Shown here piece after piece: positions 27,447 to 41,663 of a stretch of DNA of 64,000 nucleotides. Source of the DNA: Utricularia gibba (lineage: Eukaryota > Plantae > Magnoliophyta). Location: the NCBI GenBank assembly GCA_002189035.1, contig NEEC01000010.1, positions 496,001-560,000 of the forward strand. The letters are read 5' to 3'. Positions within the stretch are counted from its first letter, which is position 1, and each line of letters starts with the position of its first letter. The position numbers and the translations under genes are program-made. The notes under the pieces were generated by a model. The model saw only the letters and a program-made list of their open reading frames with translations. It made no database searches and was not told the origin of the DNA.

Positions 27447-28813
27447 ATGTCTTCTCTGGGGAAAACGGATATTCCCTTTCCTGCTTCAGGGAAACCGAGA
27501 GTCGTCGTCTGCGTAGGTGATGTACATGGGTACATGACAAAGCTTCAGAATTTGTGGTGTAATCTTGAAAAAACACTTGGCCCGCGTGATTTCTCGACCG
27601 CCTTGGTGATTTTTTTGGGGGATTATTGCGACCGAGGGCCGGACACGAAGAAAGTGATCGATTTCTTGATTTCCTTGCCCTCCAAGTACCCGGATCAATC
27701 GCATGTCTTTTTATGTGGAAACCATGATCTTGCTTTTGCTGCGTTCTTGGGTATTCTCAAAAGCCCACCAGACGGTTCAGATTTCTCGGAAACATGGAAA
27801 GAGTATGAGATGAACGAGGCAAGAGAGGGATGGTACGCGGGTGAAGGGTATCAAGATATGCATTTGCAGGGGAGGAGATGGGCAGGTAGAATGAGTGGGA
27901 TTAATCATGCCAAGGGTACTGAATACAAAGGCTCCATTTATGATGCTGCCCCGACTTTTGAGTCGTATGGAGTTCAACACGGCTCTGCTGGTCGGTAACG
28001 TTTTGCTATGTTATTTCTGTTGCTTATTTCGGAAGAGATAATTTGGTAGAGATGAGTCTATATCTTCAGTCAGCACTAAGCCATCAATGGGCATTGCTGT
28101 GTGAATTTGCAGAATAGAGATATAGTTGGTTGCAAGGATCTGCAATTTTCTTTCGCATAGTAGTAGCATCAGTGGATAAAATTACGATTCATTGAAGCTG
28201 ACAAGCTGGATGTTTCGATAGATTTGCGGAAGGCTGTTCCTGAACACCACAAGAAATTTTTAGCTGATTTGTTGTGGGTGCACGAAGAGGTATAACTTGG
28301 CATGTATGAATGAACACATGTTGCGTAATCTTACAAAATTTGCAGCTGAAAGACTAACAAACAAACAAACTCACAAATTTGAAGGATGGTGTGAGCATAG
28401 AAACTGAAGGAGGAGGACTACAGAGCTGTAAACTGATTGCTGTCCATGCTGGTCTGGAGAAAAGGAGACCCGTTGAGGAGCAGCTGAAGGTGTTGAGGGC
28501 GAAGGACACGAGGATCCCCAAAATCGAAGCTCTGAGCGGACGGAAAAACGTCTGGGACATCCCTGAGGTGCGTTCATCTCAGCTATTCTGATGATACATG
28601 AGTGTCTTCTACTTGTCCCCCCGTGACACAGTTGCCGCCTTCCAGGAACTGGCCCATACTTCAACCATAATCGTTAGCGGTCATCATGGTAAAGTGCATA
28701 TAGATGGATTAAGACTGATAATCGATCAAGGTGGTGGGCTGGTGAACAATCCGGTAGCCGCAGCCATTCTCCCATGGAAGAAATTGGTGCTCGACACTGA
28801 TCTCGTCCCATGA
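27447..28813 (+). CDS. RLPH2: Rhizobiale-like metallophosphatase, RLPH2 type; 320 aa; 4 exons
   Basis: Exons 27447-27990, 28222-28289, 28385-28567, 28646-28813 join in frame (963 nt). Motifs [33 protein letters not shown]. Confidence 0.93.
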
Positions 28814-29774
28814 TCACTCTCGATTCAACTGATGTTCGCCTGAATGTCGGTACCCTGTGGAACCGGGTTCAATCCGGAATGACAGCTATTCGGTTTGGAT
28901 ATGAGATTCATTTTGAAATCCATGCCACAGTTTATTTCTTTTAAATTAGGATTTACCTCGTATTTTAGAATACGCGTTTTCAAAATATCAAATTGACACT
29001 AAGATAAACATGTGGAGCGGAGCAGCATGTAATTGGTATTAGATTATTAATAATGCATTAGATTTGATAATGCTTGTATTTAAATAAATATGTGTTATAT
29101 GCTTATAAACGAAAAAAAATGCTTGATGTATAAAACTATGTTTATAATGTTTCATATTTGATAAATGCATAAAAAAATTAAAACTACCTTGATTAAGAAA
29201 AACAAGTAGAAGAAAATTTTTGAAAATTATGATTGAAGAGATTATACAAATGTTTTGAAGGTCATCTATGTATTGAAAAATACGTAACAAATATAATTCC
29301 TAATATACATATGTTCATAATTAATATATAAAATATGATCTAATATTGTTATACTACAAAAGAGAGGTATGAGGATGACAAATATTACTTTAATAAGTAT
29401 TTAATGATTAACTAGGTTCTCATTTTTTATATTATTAATTTTGTAAAATTATGCAGATCAACTTCAATTTTACAACTTTGCAATGTAACTTTTTAAGGTT
29501 TGAAAATTGCAATTTCACTTGTCAATTTTTCAAAATTTAGCAATTCAAATTAAAAACTTTGGATTATTTGCAAATGGATCTCAAACAATTTTTAAATAAA
29601 TATAAATAAAGGTGGTAGTTAAAAACAATATAAATGAAATAACGAGAGTAAAAGCTTACGATTCCCATAAGTTATAACTTAGGTTGCACGTATTACTAAA
29701 ATACTACTCCTTTTTCAATGATGAACACATATTAAACACGAAATATATCTAATATGTTGAATCACATAACATAT

Positions 29775-31668
29775 TGATAAACGAAAAATTTACAATGTCA
29801 TTAAAATTATAAATTTCTCTATCAAATAAATTTATAAATCTAATTCACATCTAATTATACGAAAAATATGAACATAGTAGATCAAAGACAAACACAAAGA
29901 GTTATGTGCTTGTTGTATGAGAGTTGATGCATATTATTTTTATCATAGTTAAAAGATTTAGTCTAAACTAAGATTAAGACAATTCAATGATAAGATGCAG
30001 AAAGAGAGTAAATGGGTAAAAATAGATATTTATTTAAAATAAAAGAAGTTGATGTTTTAGAATACTCAAGGGTAGTATGCTAATCATTACATTATTCCAC
30101 CCAAACCTAAAATTATTCAACTAACAAGCAAAGACTCAAGTCTACCTATATCCTTATTTTCTTTTAATTTTTGATCTACCTCTAATTAGGATTATTTATG
30201 ATGAATATCAATACCTCTGCCTTCTAAATCTTTCTTGGTTTATTAAAAAATAGAGTAATTAAGTGATATTATGATCTAATAAATAATAAACACGTTGATA
30301 AACGAAAAAATTTGTACAAAGTCGTTAATTTGTAAATTTCTTCTATCAAATAAAGTTTATAAATCTAATTCACCTCAAATCATATGGAAAATATAAGCAT
30401 AGTGGACTACGGTCGAACACAAGGAGTTAGGTGCTTGTTATGTGAAAGTCAATGCATACAATCAGTGCCACGTTGGTAAATTTGGTTTCAACTATGATTA
30501 ATGCAGAACTGCAATGAAGTGCAGTAAAGTAAAGTAACGAGCTTTAGAACTTGGTTGTTTTTTAGATGCAATGGGTGATGCCTTGGGACTCTTAGGAGAT
30601 GTATGTTAATCACTAAACATGCTCACTCAAACCATAAATCAAACACTTAACACACAAAGTCTAGGTCTACCCGGACTTTTGTTTTCCCCCCTAATCTTTG
30701 GTCTACCTCTAATTAGGGTTGTTAAAATGAGTTTCATTACTACCTCCTCCTGGATCTATCATGGTTTGTTAAGGAAGTGGTGTGACTCATGCTTGATTAG
30801 GTCTAAAGATTGATTAGTACATTTCTCCCCCTTTCACCCCAAGGCACCCCTCTAAGTGCTTAGCTACTCATAACAAAGAAAAGGAAAACGTTTTCATAGC
30901 ATATCCTAAGCAACATTCTGGTCTCAAAGTTAAACAACAATAAGCAGTGGATAACAGAAATAGAAAAGACAAATATTTCATGCAATAAATCTAAAACTAG
31001 TCTTAGCTAGGAACAGTATGCATCAAGAACGAAAGTAAATCTTTAAAGAGAAACTAGTTCTTCAGGGTCGTCGTCCCTCTTGTCCCCCCTTAGAAACGTT
31101 CTCTAAAAAGAATGTCGTGAGTCTCCAATGGGAGAGATCTTGTTTCTCTCTCCATCTTATCCCCCTTTTGTCCAAAATCCCATTTTTTTTTCTTCTTGGA
31201 TTTTTTGTGTACTTCTTTTCAGACTTCTGCCTCATCCGCCACTACACTGTTCATATTTGGCTCCTTGGGATTTGTGCTGTTGACATGTGATGTATTGCTC
31301 GAAGGAAACTATTAGAAGGTTGGGACTAAATTGCATAAAATAACATATGTACTACGGTACTATGCACAAAAATATAGAACTAGGCGGTAAAACTTGATTT
31401 TTGTAGCACAATATGAGTAATTTCCATGTACTCAATCACTTAAAAATATGTGTTATCACATATTCACCCCCCTTTGTCCCAAAGTAACTTAAATTGCCTA
31501 GTCACTCATACTATGGAAAAGTAAAACACTTTCATAACATAATATGAAACCATTTTCATTCCACAACTTGACAACATTAAAACACAGAAACACACAATAA
31601 AATCTGAGTTTTGTAGTAGAATACTAATCATTTCTTTATCTTAAAACACTAAAAAATATATGTTATCA
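29775..31668 (-). mobile_element. Internally deleted solo LTR (Athila-like family) hosting a second LTR of the same family
   Basis: TGATAAACG...TGTTATCA termini with exact TSD CATAT (29770-29774 and 31669-31673). Confidence 0.75.
30296..31458 (-). mobile_element. Nested solo LTR, same family, 1163 bp
   Basis: TGATAAACG...GTGTTATCA; flanks CACGT / CATAT, consistent with a TSD after CpG decay; collinear with 40569-41600 and 870-1169. Confidence 0.75.
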
Positions 31669-32431
31669 CATATTAAAAGTTAAGTCTTACCTTATACAGC
31701 CCAATTGCCCAGCATTCTACCTTATTGAGTTTGAGTACACTTGCAACCTACATTCATTCTATTTACTAGTTCAATTAATCATTTTTTCTAAAGAAAATAT
31801 ATAGTGATTTTAGAGTTGAACTCAGGAATTTGATGCTTGTGTGTGGAGGTTCATGCATTCCTAAAGTCATAAAAAACTTTAAGCCTTAGCTAAAAAAATC
31901 AACCCATAAACAAGTGTAAAGATGAAAGTAACGAAATAGTATCATTTTAATTTTAAATCAACAACCATAAATGCAATGTCTTGGGATTCTAAGGGTAATA
32001 TCCTCACCTAAGTTCTTATCGTGAACCTCCCCATATGCTAACTTATATAAGATGGTGTAAGTGTAGTCATACTATCTCCTTGATTTTTTTGGTTTCAAGC
32101 TTTCTAAGTATCCTAGATCACATCACATGTAAATATATTATCTTGCAAGGCATATATGATTAAATCTCTATTTGAAAACTTTATCTATTTATCGGTATCT
32201 CAACTCTTTATTATATCTCTAAGTTGAGTCTCTTTAGATAGGTGGATATCTTTTCCTCACTTACATCTATCCTAATTATTTTAAAAAAAAATTACATAAG
32301 CACTTGGTTAGCTTGAACATAAACATATTGAGTACACTTCCACTTTCCTCCCCAAGAAACCATTTCCAACATAATTAATCAAACTAAAAAATAAATAAAA
32401 CAACTTTATGAAAAGAAACCAAAGGAATATC

Positions 32432-33577
32432 TAATAAGTGATTTTGTGTCATTTATATTTATGCTTTTTAGGACTCACTTACATAGGGTTTGCATCATTT
32501 TTATTTCATTTTCCCTATGTTTTTAGAAGAATTTTATATCTTTCATGTCATTGTGCTTTTTTTTTAGGGAAAGTGTGTTTTGTGATTTTTTAGAACAATT
32601 TTGGAATAATTATGAGGATTTTCGAGTTGACCTTGATGAAGTCAAAGATTTAGTCTATCGAGATGAAGACTCGGTCAAAGATTCGCATTATATCTTAGAA
32701 AATTTGGATCTTATTTTAGAATATTTGTATCAAATCTTAGAAGATCAGGATAGAATATTGATGTGAGCCATTCAAGAGAGTCCGATAAGTCCCCACCATT
32801 ATATAAAGATCCAAACTTGAAGATCGAAGTCGTCGACGATCAGAGAGTCAATTTTAGGGTTTAGAGTCAAGTAAAGCATGTTTTGGGATTTCTTTCCGTT
32901 CGTTTTTCATCAACTTTTGTTGTTTAGAGTCAATCATGCGCGTATAAGCGCTTGCAGCTAAGTATCTGCAATAAAGTCTTGCTTGCGCAAGTCCTGCACA
33001 CGTGACTGTCTTACTATGTTTTTCAACATTTAATTTATGGTTTGATTTTGCTTTTCACACCGTTTTTTTTTTACCAACGTGATCTTTAGTACCATATAAC
33101 CCTAAGGGAGTGTGGGAGAATCAAAGGTTCGCCTCAAGCACTTAAGGATATGGGTTCAATCGGACATTGTTGGTAAGACACATTCTGTCTAATTTGTCTA
33201 CGAGGTGAGAGTTGTAGGGGTTACATTTGGGTGTGAGGAAAATACGAGTTATTATAAGAGGTAAAATGGCTCTGGTGGCGTAGTTCATTCCATAATCCCA
33301 CAAAACAAGGGATGATGCTATAACGGTCACCGCACTCTCAAAGCTTACGCAAGCAAGTTTGTTTTCAAGGTTTGCACACACGCAAGGGACGAGTTTTGAA
33401 CAAGGTGAATCTTTGATGCAAGGCCACTTTTGTTATTGTTTTTAAACCCAAATCTTTCTTGCGTTTTTAATTTTTTGAAGTCTTTGTTTGAAAAGAAAAT
33501 TTCAATAACAATTTCCTGTAGATACGATCTTATTTGATTATTTCGATGGTTTATGTGCACTTGCAGAAATACCATCA
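32432..33577 (+). mobile_element. Probable old solo LTR (Gypsy-like)
   Basis: TAATAAGTG (likely mutated TGATAAGTG)...ACCATCA termini with flanks ATATC / ATGTC (4 of 5 match); no second copy in the window. Confidence 0.5.
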
Positions 33578-35379
33578 ATGTCCATACTCAACTTTGAAAA
33601 TTAAATTCATGAACAGAAAGCAAAAATGTACAAATCCCTGGGAATGGCTACTTTGATCTTCTACAGAATGAAGTTGGTTTTCTGTCTCTTTCTAGTTCTG
33701 TTTTTAGGTTTGTACTTTGACCCCTTTTTTCTCTTGAAGTGTCTTTCTCAACATGCCGTTCTTGTGCAGCTGTTGTTATGATGTATGCATGAGTAAGTTA
33801 TCTTCCTTCTTGGGTTGCATATGTGACGCTTGTAAGAGTTCATCTTGGAAAACCTGCTGCTAAAACTTGAGGTTGAATGTCATTAAAATTGAAATTGACT
33901 CCAAAAATGTCTAATTTCACAAGAAAACACACTAAACGAATCATGACGACATAATTATGGAAATTTGTTTTTCAGAATAACAATTATTCTACCTTTTTCA
34001 GAATTTTGTTATCATAAACACCCCCTCATATTAATTTTATTAATTTTAAAGTATTCATTCATTTTCCACAAACAAAATTCTTAATTACATTATTTACTAA
34101 GGTTTTAAAAATTTACCTTTTCAAGTATTTTTAAATGTAATATATATTTAAAAAAATCAATAGGAGTTTTCATTATTATAATATATTCACTACTATTGCA
34201 TGATTGTGATGATGACTTCTATAAATAATAATAAAAAATGGGTAAGTTCCATCCAGACGGATATAGGAAATCTGAAGATGGTATTATTCACTGTCTTGGA
34301 TTATTATTAAATTTAAAATATTGAAAAAACATTTTTTAATCTGTTTAAATAAAGTATTTAATATGAAAAATGATGTAATCCTAAAATTATGGAAACTCTG
34401 TAATAATTGTTAACTATTATTAAAATTCATTTAGTTTATATATTTTATTGAAAAAATGTGATATATTTTATTACCTTCAATTTGATCAATAATTAACATG
34501 AAAATAAACAATGAATACGTGATATATTGAAATAAATTTTGATTCCCAATAATATTGAATAGATAATTTTGAAAAAGAAGTAAAAAACTAGTAAAGGAAA
34601 TTGCAACGTGTGAGTATTCATCATGAATTGTATAAGGATGTATACTTATTGTAATTGGTCAATTGTAATACTCATTGGCTCATAAAAAATCCTAAATCCT
34701 CAAAAATCCTACAATCCACAAACTTGATTCGTAATTATACAATTAAATTATAACATTTTGAATGTAAAAGAGTATAGATGTTAAAAGTTACTCATAATCC
34801 ATTTAAAACAGCGAAAAACAAGTTTTTAACTTGAATATGTAATCAAAATTAAAGTTAAGAGAATAGAGTATACAACTGTAAATGAAATATTGTGCTGTAT
34901 GTTTTTTAATTTCACAAAAAAACCTAAATCTATGCACAGTTTTTTTAATAAATAGTACCTTTTCAAAATTTAACATGTTTTCAAATATCGAATGCTTTGA
35001 ATTCATTTTCCCGTCGTTGAAAATTATTTTTTAGATAATTATATTTAAGTAAAAAAAAAAAAGACTCATCTTTTATTGAATTATCAAATTAGAATCTTGT
35101 CTTTCTCTTTGATAAATGATTGCACCATCTTTTGTCTCCAAGTGTGTGGGCTTCTCTCTTCCTTTTCTCTTGTTCCCGTGAGTGTGAGTTCCTTCATCAG
35201 TTGAGCTTTGGGAGCTCTTCATGCCCCTGTGATGAGGCAACTCAAGATTGGGAATTTCTTCAAGGGCATTAATTTTCCTTGTATGCTGTTCTTCAACAAA
35301 GAGAGGAACTCCGGGTGGTTGAAGTTTTTCATAATTTGTGCCCCTATAAACCTTAGCTCTTGATTGTAGCTCTTTCAAC

Positions 35380-38300
35380 AGATTGGCTTGATTGATTCTC
35401 TCTTTCTGAAAATTGGGTTCTGTTTTTGCCTCTCAATTCTATTTGTCCCCACTCGGAATTCGTACATGCAACCGAGGGTGAGTTCACAGAATCTTCATCT
35501 AGTTTTCAAGTTTCAATTCTTTTATGCTGCTGCAATTCCTGTTTCAGACCTAGTTTGGATCTCAAGCAATAATAAATCTTAGGATACAATAATTTTGTTA
35601 AAATGTCAGCCAGCTGTTTCTCAGATTCAATATACTTCAGTTTAATCAACTTTTCTTTAATATAATTTCTTACCACATGATACCTTATTTGAATGTGCTT
35701 GGTATGGCTGGAGAATGTGGGATTGTTTTCCATCATGATTGCTGACTTATTGTCTACATATATTATCAATGGTTTCTGTATGTGCATGTGCAGATCGTCA
35801 AAGAGCTTCACCAACCATATGGTGTGATTTGAGGCAGCAGCAACACCCATGTATTCAGCTTCAACTGAAGATTGAGCCACAACAGATTGCTTTTTGCTAT
35901 TGTAGGCAAATGCACTCCCACTTATCATGAAAATATATCCTCTAGTAGATTTTCTATCTGATAAGTCACCTACATAATCACTGTCGCAATAAACCTGTAG
36001 ACAAGGAATCATATTTCTTTTGTAATGTAGTCCCATGTCACTTGTGCCATTTAGAGAGATATATTTCTATCTGATGAGTCACCTACATAATCACTGTCAC
36101 AATAAACTTGAGCATTCACCATATTCTGATTGTTTCCATTAATTAATATATCATCTACGTAGAGAGATATAATTACCAGAATATCAGAATCTTTGTCTTT
36201 GAGAATATATAATGTGGCATCATTTTCACTTCTTTTATATCCTTGTTGCGCAAAGTAGTCATTGATTTTACTGTACCAAGCTCTTGGAGCTTGTTTGAGA
36301 CCACATAATGCTTTGTGCAGTTTATATACCATATTTTCTTGCCCTTTGATTTCAAAACCATGTGGCTGATCTACGTAAATTTCCTCATTCGAGTTCTCAT
36401 TTAAGAATGCAAACTTGATGTTCAAGTGATATATAGGCCATCTTTTACATGCAGCAAGTGATATCAATAGTTGGATAGTATCCAATCTGGCCACATGTGC
36501 GAATGTGTCTTGAAAGTCTACTCCTTTCCTTTGCGTAAATCCTTTTGCAACTAATTTTGCTTTGTACTTATTGATACTTCCATCAGGATTTAGTTTTGTC
36601 CTTAATACCCATTTGAGCCCTATGGGTCTTTTTTTGTCTTTTCTCTCTACAAGACTCCATGTGTTATATTCATTTATTGTTTTCAACTCAAGCTCCATAA
36701 CTTTTCGCCATTCTGGATGAGGCAGTGCGTACGTCAGGTTTGTTGGTTCAGTGTGTGTGGAGAGGCATCTATCCTGGTAATAATCAGCAATTGGTCTGAA
36801 TCCTCTTATTGGCGTATTATCATAAGTTCCTTCAAAGTCATGAGATGGAGAGAGAGCAGGTACATGATCATCATTATCACTATCATCATTATTTTCTGAA
36901 TTAGATTGTTCTTCGGATGAGATTTCAGAATTTATTTCTCTATTTGGAGTGAATAATGCAGGTTTAGGATCATCATTATCACTGTCTTGAATATTTTCCA
37001 AATCAGATTGTTCTTCGGATAAGATTTGTTGATTTATTTCTCTGTTTGGAGTGAATAATTGACAGTCCATTTTCGTAACCTCATTTGCTTCATTTTCTAA
37101 GTGACTGGTATCTATGAGTATATTCATGTTTAGTCTTTGATAATCCTGATCAGAATTTGACACTTCTCTATGTGCCCCTTGGTTCTCATGAGTATAAGGA
37201 TGACTAAATGATAGGTTGTTAACGTTTTGAGCATCTTTTTCATTTGTCTTATAGGTAGCAGATTTGTCTTCCAATGTATCACTGTTGTTCATTTCCATCA
37301 ATGGTGTGTTGACCTTGAAGTTTCCATCTGGAGTTGAACTTCTTGAGGATTCGATGTTGGCTATAGTTTCCAAGATAGAAATTTCAGTAGATAGATTACT
37401 CTGTTTTGATTTTGTGCCTATGTGAATATTTGGAAACAACTCACGAAGAGGTCTGCAATCTTGAGATTTCTCCCAATTCCATGAGCGTTCCTCTACGAAG
37501 ACCACATCTCTATTCAATACCATTTTTCTTTCAATGGGGTCCCAAATTCTGTAGGCTTTAGTATTTGAGCTATATTCCATGAAAACTCCTATTTTGCTTT
37601 TTTTGTCCAGTTTTTTTCTCAAAGCCTTTGGAATGTGTCGGAAACATATGCAGCCAAATATTCTGATGTGATCTACTGCTGCAGGTACCCGTCCTATCCA
37701 CAACTCATGACGAGTTTTAAATTCTGCAATTCCTCTTGTAGGTAAGCAACTTAGGAGATATACAGCAGAATTTATAGCTTCGCCCTAAAATTCTAGAGGT
37801 ACATTGTTTTCAAATATAATGCATCTTGTCATATCCATTACTATTCGATTCCTCTCACATTTTCCATTTTGTTGCGGTGTGTATGGAGCTGTGAATTGGT
37901 GAATAATACCTGTTGATTTGCATATATTTTCCATTTCATAGGGTATGTATTCACCACCGTTATCAGACCTGAGATATTTTATTTTCCTCTCGCTCTGGTT
38001 TTCCACAGCAGCCTTGAAGGTCCGAAATTTTTCTGTGAGTTCATCCCTTGTCTTCATGAAATAAACCCATCCATATTTAGTGTAGTCATCTATGAAAAGT
38101 ACAAAATATTTGTTCCCCCCTACAGTTGGAGGGTCAATTGGCCCACATATATCTGAACACACAATTTCCAGAGGTGTTGATGAGATCCACTCACTAATGC
38201 CAAAAGGGGACCGAGTGAGTTTTCCAAATTGACAGGTATCACAACATTCATTTACTTTGGCCAATCTATTCATCCCATTCAGAATATTCCTTTTCTGAGA

Positions 38301-39800
38301 TTTGAGTAAGGAGTGCTGATGATAATGTCCAAAGCGTTTATGCCATAGAATCATATTCTCCCTGACACTTGCAGACAAACAGGTATTCGAATTTGCAATG
38401 CTATCATGAAGAAAATTGATAGGGAAGACCCTATTGATCATAGGTATTTCTAGCACCTCCTAACCTGCAGCATTTTTTATAGTACACATATAGTTTGCAA
38501 ATAGAATTTCATACCTTTTACTTACCAATTGACCAAGACTGATCAGATTGTGTGATATTCCAGACACATAATATACATCATTGATAATGATTGTCTTGTC
38601 TCCAGTTTCCACCTTAATATTTCCACTTCCAAGAGCAAGTATAAGTTGTCCATTTGCTACTTCAATGTCTTTTGTTGATAGAGAGGTAAGATTTTCGAAA
38701 ATAGCAAGATTGTATGTCATGTGATTTGTACATCCGCTATCAAGCAGCCATGTCCATTTTTCAGAGGTATCAGTCATAGCAATGAGAATGGTATCTTTTC
38801 TAAGAGTAAGTAAATCCAAGGGGTAAGCACAAGGAACTTCTTTTTCATTATGATTGTTCAAGGATACATTTCCAAGTGCCTTTGATAAGGGTTCGGCATT
38901 AAGACTGACATTTAGAATATTGCTTTTCCCAGATAGTTGTTTCTGAACTTGCATCATTACTTCCTTCTTCAGATTGCAAACTTGCTCCCTATGTCCCTTT
39001 TGATTGCAGAAGTTGCAGATAGCTTTAGGGTGGCACGAGTTATTGTCTGATAGGTGAGAATTTGCAATTTTGCAGTAGATGCAAGGCGGCAATTCCTCTT
39101 GGGTGGTAGAATTTTTTCCTGTAAGTGCTGGAGGTTTGTATGCAGTCTTTGATTTCTTATCATTTTTCCTTGGATTGTAGGTAGCAGCAAAGGCCTTCTC
39201 CTCCACCTGTGAAGATTTTGTATGTAGCTCTATTTCCTAGAGATTTACCAGTAGTTCAGCATGTGTAAATCTACACATGCAACTAGTAGCTACAAGTGAT
39301 GCAATTGTAGGATTATAGGATGTCGGGAGAGCAGCTATGATGATATCCTTTAGTCTGTCCTCATCTATAGTTGTTCCAAGAAGTTTGAACTTCCTCACTG
39401 CAGCTTTTATAGTATCAGACAATGCCTCAAGTGAATCTCCAGTGCTTAAACTTAGAGTGCCCAAGGCTCTCCACTGGTAAGCAATTTGAGTTGCTTGGCT
39501 CTCTACATTTCTGAGATAAGTTTTTTCTAGTAGATTCCATGCTTCCTTTGGAGTGTTGCAGTCTAGAATTACTTCATATGCTTGACCGGTCTCTGCCACA
39601 TCTGGAGCTTCACATACGTTTCTTTCTAGTTTTGTGTATGCTGCAACATCATCATTGTCACCGTTGAGAAGTATTTCAGAGAAGTATTTTGACAGCACAT
39701 TGATGGAGAAGTAATTTTTCATCTTCTTTTGCCACACTCTGAATTCTTTAGGATCTTTTCCATCAAAGGAGGGAGGTGTAGGAAGAGCAACCATGACATA
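35380..39800 (-). mobile_element. Ty1/Copia gag-pol, largely in frame, RT C-terminal part deleted; LTR pair unresolved
   Basis: One frame 39794-36051 broken by three stops: gag, CX2CX4HX4C-like knuckle, protease WLLDSGCTNHM, integrase (LWHKRFGH, LRSDNGGEY, TPQQNG), RT (YKAKLVAKGF, LYVDD). RNase H 35506-36036 (CDSDYVGD, QLADILTK). Confidence 0.92.
36856..37059. repeat. 102-bp tandem duplication in the Copia IN-RT linker
   Basis: Encodes LFTPNREIN...SEEQS..EN..DSDNDD..PA twice, in frame. Confidence 0.9.
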
Positions 39801-40568
39801 GAGATGTTGTTTTCAGATTGTAAAACAGGTTATTTATCAAGAAGAAGAAAGTTGCGATGAGTTACCAGCTTCACGTTGGGTTCACCATGAAGGACTCTTG
39901 TTCTTCTTGTGTATAAGAGCTCTTGTAGAATAGAAATCTTTGTATATATGTGGGTTATTACCCTAAATTATATTTTGTTACTCATGTCCTACTTATACCG
40001 GATTATTTGTCCGTTGATCTTTACTGTATGTACAGTATTTATGATCGTTGAGGCTTCTTGTACTTGATAAGCTCGATTTCTCCTTCTCAATGTGTCTTGG
40101 GCTGATTAGTTTGTCTGGCCCACTTACACCAGCAGTTGCTTCAGCAGTTGAGCTTATGCATGCTCAGTGACAAAGATCCTTTCCTCTTGTACTCGTGAGC
40201 GTGAGTTGCTTCAGCAGTTGAGCTTTGGGAGCTCCAACCTTATGCATGCTACATCGGGGAAGAATCCTCACCCAAGAGACGAAGGAACCTCCTATGGTAG
40301 AACGAAGGAGTCAGCGACTCAAGGTGCCCACGAGCCTTGACCTTCATCAAAAGCTGAAAGCACTGCAGAAGTGTTATAAGGGAAAAGAGAAATCGGTTGC
40401 GGACAACACACCTGCTAAGCCACCCAAAATCGTGTACCAAAAGAAAAAGAGAGGAAGAAAGGGGAAAAGGGAAGCAGAAAGAAACTACCAAATAGACAGC
40501 AACCTAAGAAGTGATTGCAGTCATGGAGGCAGACGTTGAACTAGTAGAGGAACTTCTACAAGAAGGAG

Positions 40569-41663
40569 TGATAAACGAAAAAATTTTCAATGTCGTTAAA
40601 TGCAAAATTTTTCCTATCAAATAAATTTATAACTTAATACACATTCTAGCATAAAAAAATTATAAGCATTGTGATTAGGGTCAAACATGAAGAGCATGTG
40701 CTTGTCAAGTGATTAGTCAAAGCATGAAATCAGTGTCACGTTGGTAAAATTGCTCTTAGCTAGGACTAAAGCAGTACTAAAACGAAATACAGAAAAGAAA
40801 AGTAATAAGTTATGGAGCTCGATTGTTTCTGGAATGAAATGGATGATGCCTTGAAACTCCTAGGGGATGTATGCTCATCACTAAACAAGCTCATATAAAT
40901 CATAAATAGTACAACTAACTTATAAGATCTGGGTCTACCCGGATTCTTGTTTTTCCCCTTAATCTTTGGTCTACCTCTAATTAGGGTTGTTAAGTTGGAT
41001 TTCACTAATTTTCCCTCCTGGATCTATCCTGGTTTGTTAAGGAAGTGGCGTGAGTTATGGTTTTTTAGGTCTAAGGATGGATTAGCATATTTATCCCCTT
41101 TTCACCCCAAGTCACCCCTCCCCCCTAAATGCTTAACCACTCTTGCTTAAGACAAACGAAAATAGAAGAGAAAACATCATCCACAATACATTCATGTCTC
41201 AGTCGACTACTAGAAAATAAACAAGCAGGAAACTGAAATGTTCGACAGAAAACTAGAAAACGTCGCTAGCTAATCTTAACTATGAGTAATAATCCTTGGA
41301 AAACAGAAAATAATCTTCAAGCATGAGCATAGTTCCTGTTCGTCTTCATCCTTCTTCCTCCCTAGAAAACCTTCTCCAGAAAGTTGTTCGTGAGTTTCCA
41401 AGGGTATATCTGTCTTCTCTCTCATCTTCTCCCACTTTTTGTCCAAAATCTTCCTTTTTCCTCCTTGGATTTTTTGCATACTACTTTTCAAACTCTTGGA
41501 CTCATCTTCTGTCACTCTACTGTGTATATTCGGCTCCTTGGGATTTGTGTTGTGACCTGTACTGCATTGCTCAAAGAAGACTACTATACGAGTTTTCTAA
41601 ATTTGTATTTTGTGTCGATTAGGGCTTATAAATTTATTTGATACGAAAAATTAGATTTTATCA
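40569..41663 (-). mobile_element. LTR copy of the Athila-like family, partly deleted
   Basis: Starts TGATAAACGAAAAAA and aligns with 30296-31320; right boundary uncertain and no matching TSD. Confidence 0.7.

Noticed and set aside
35073-35378. 101-aa ORF beside the Copia RNase H, and ORF 40225-40539
   Set aside because: Located in transposon flank sequence with no recognisable domain.
36856-37059. Tandem repeats considered as a CRISPR-like array
   Set aside because: Two in-frame coding units with no spacers, in a eukaryotic retroelement.
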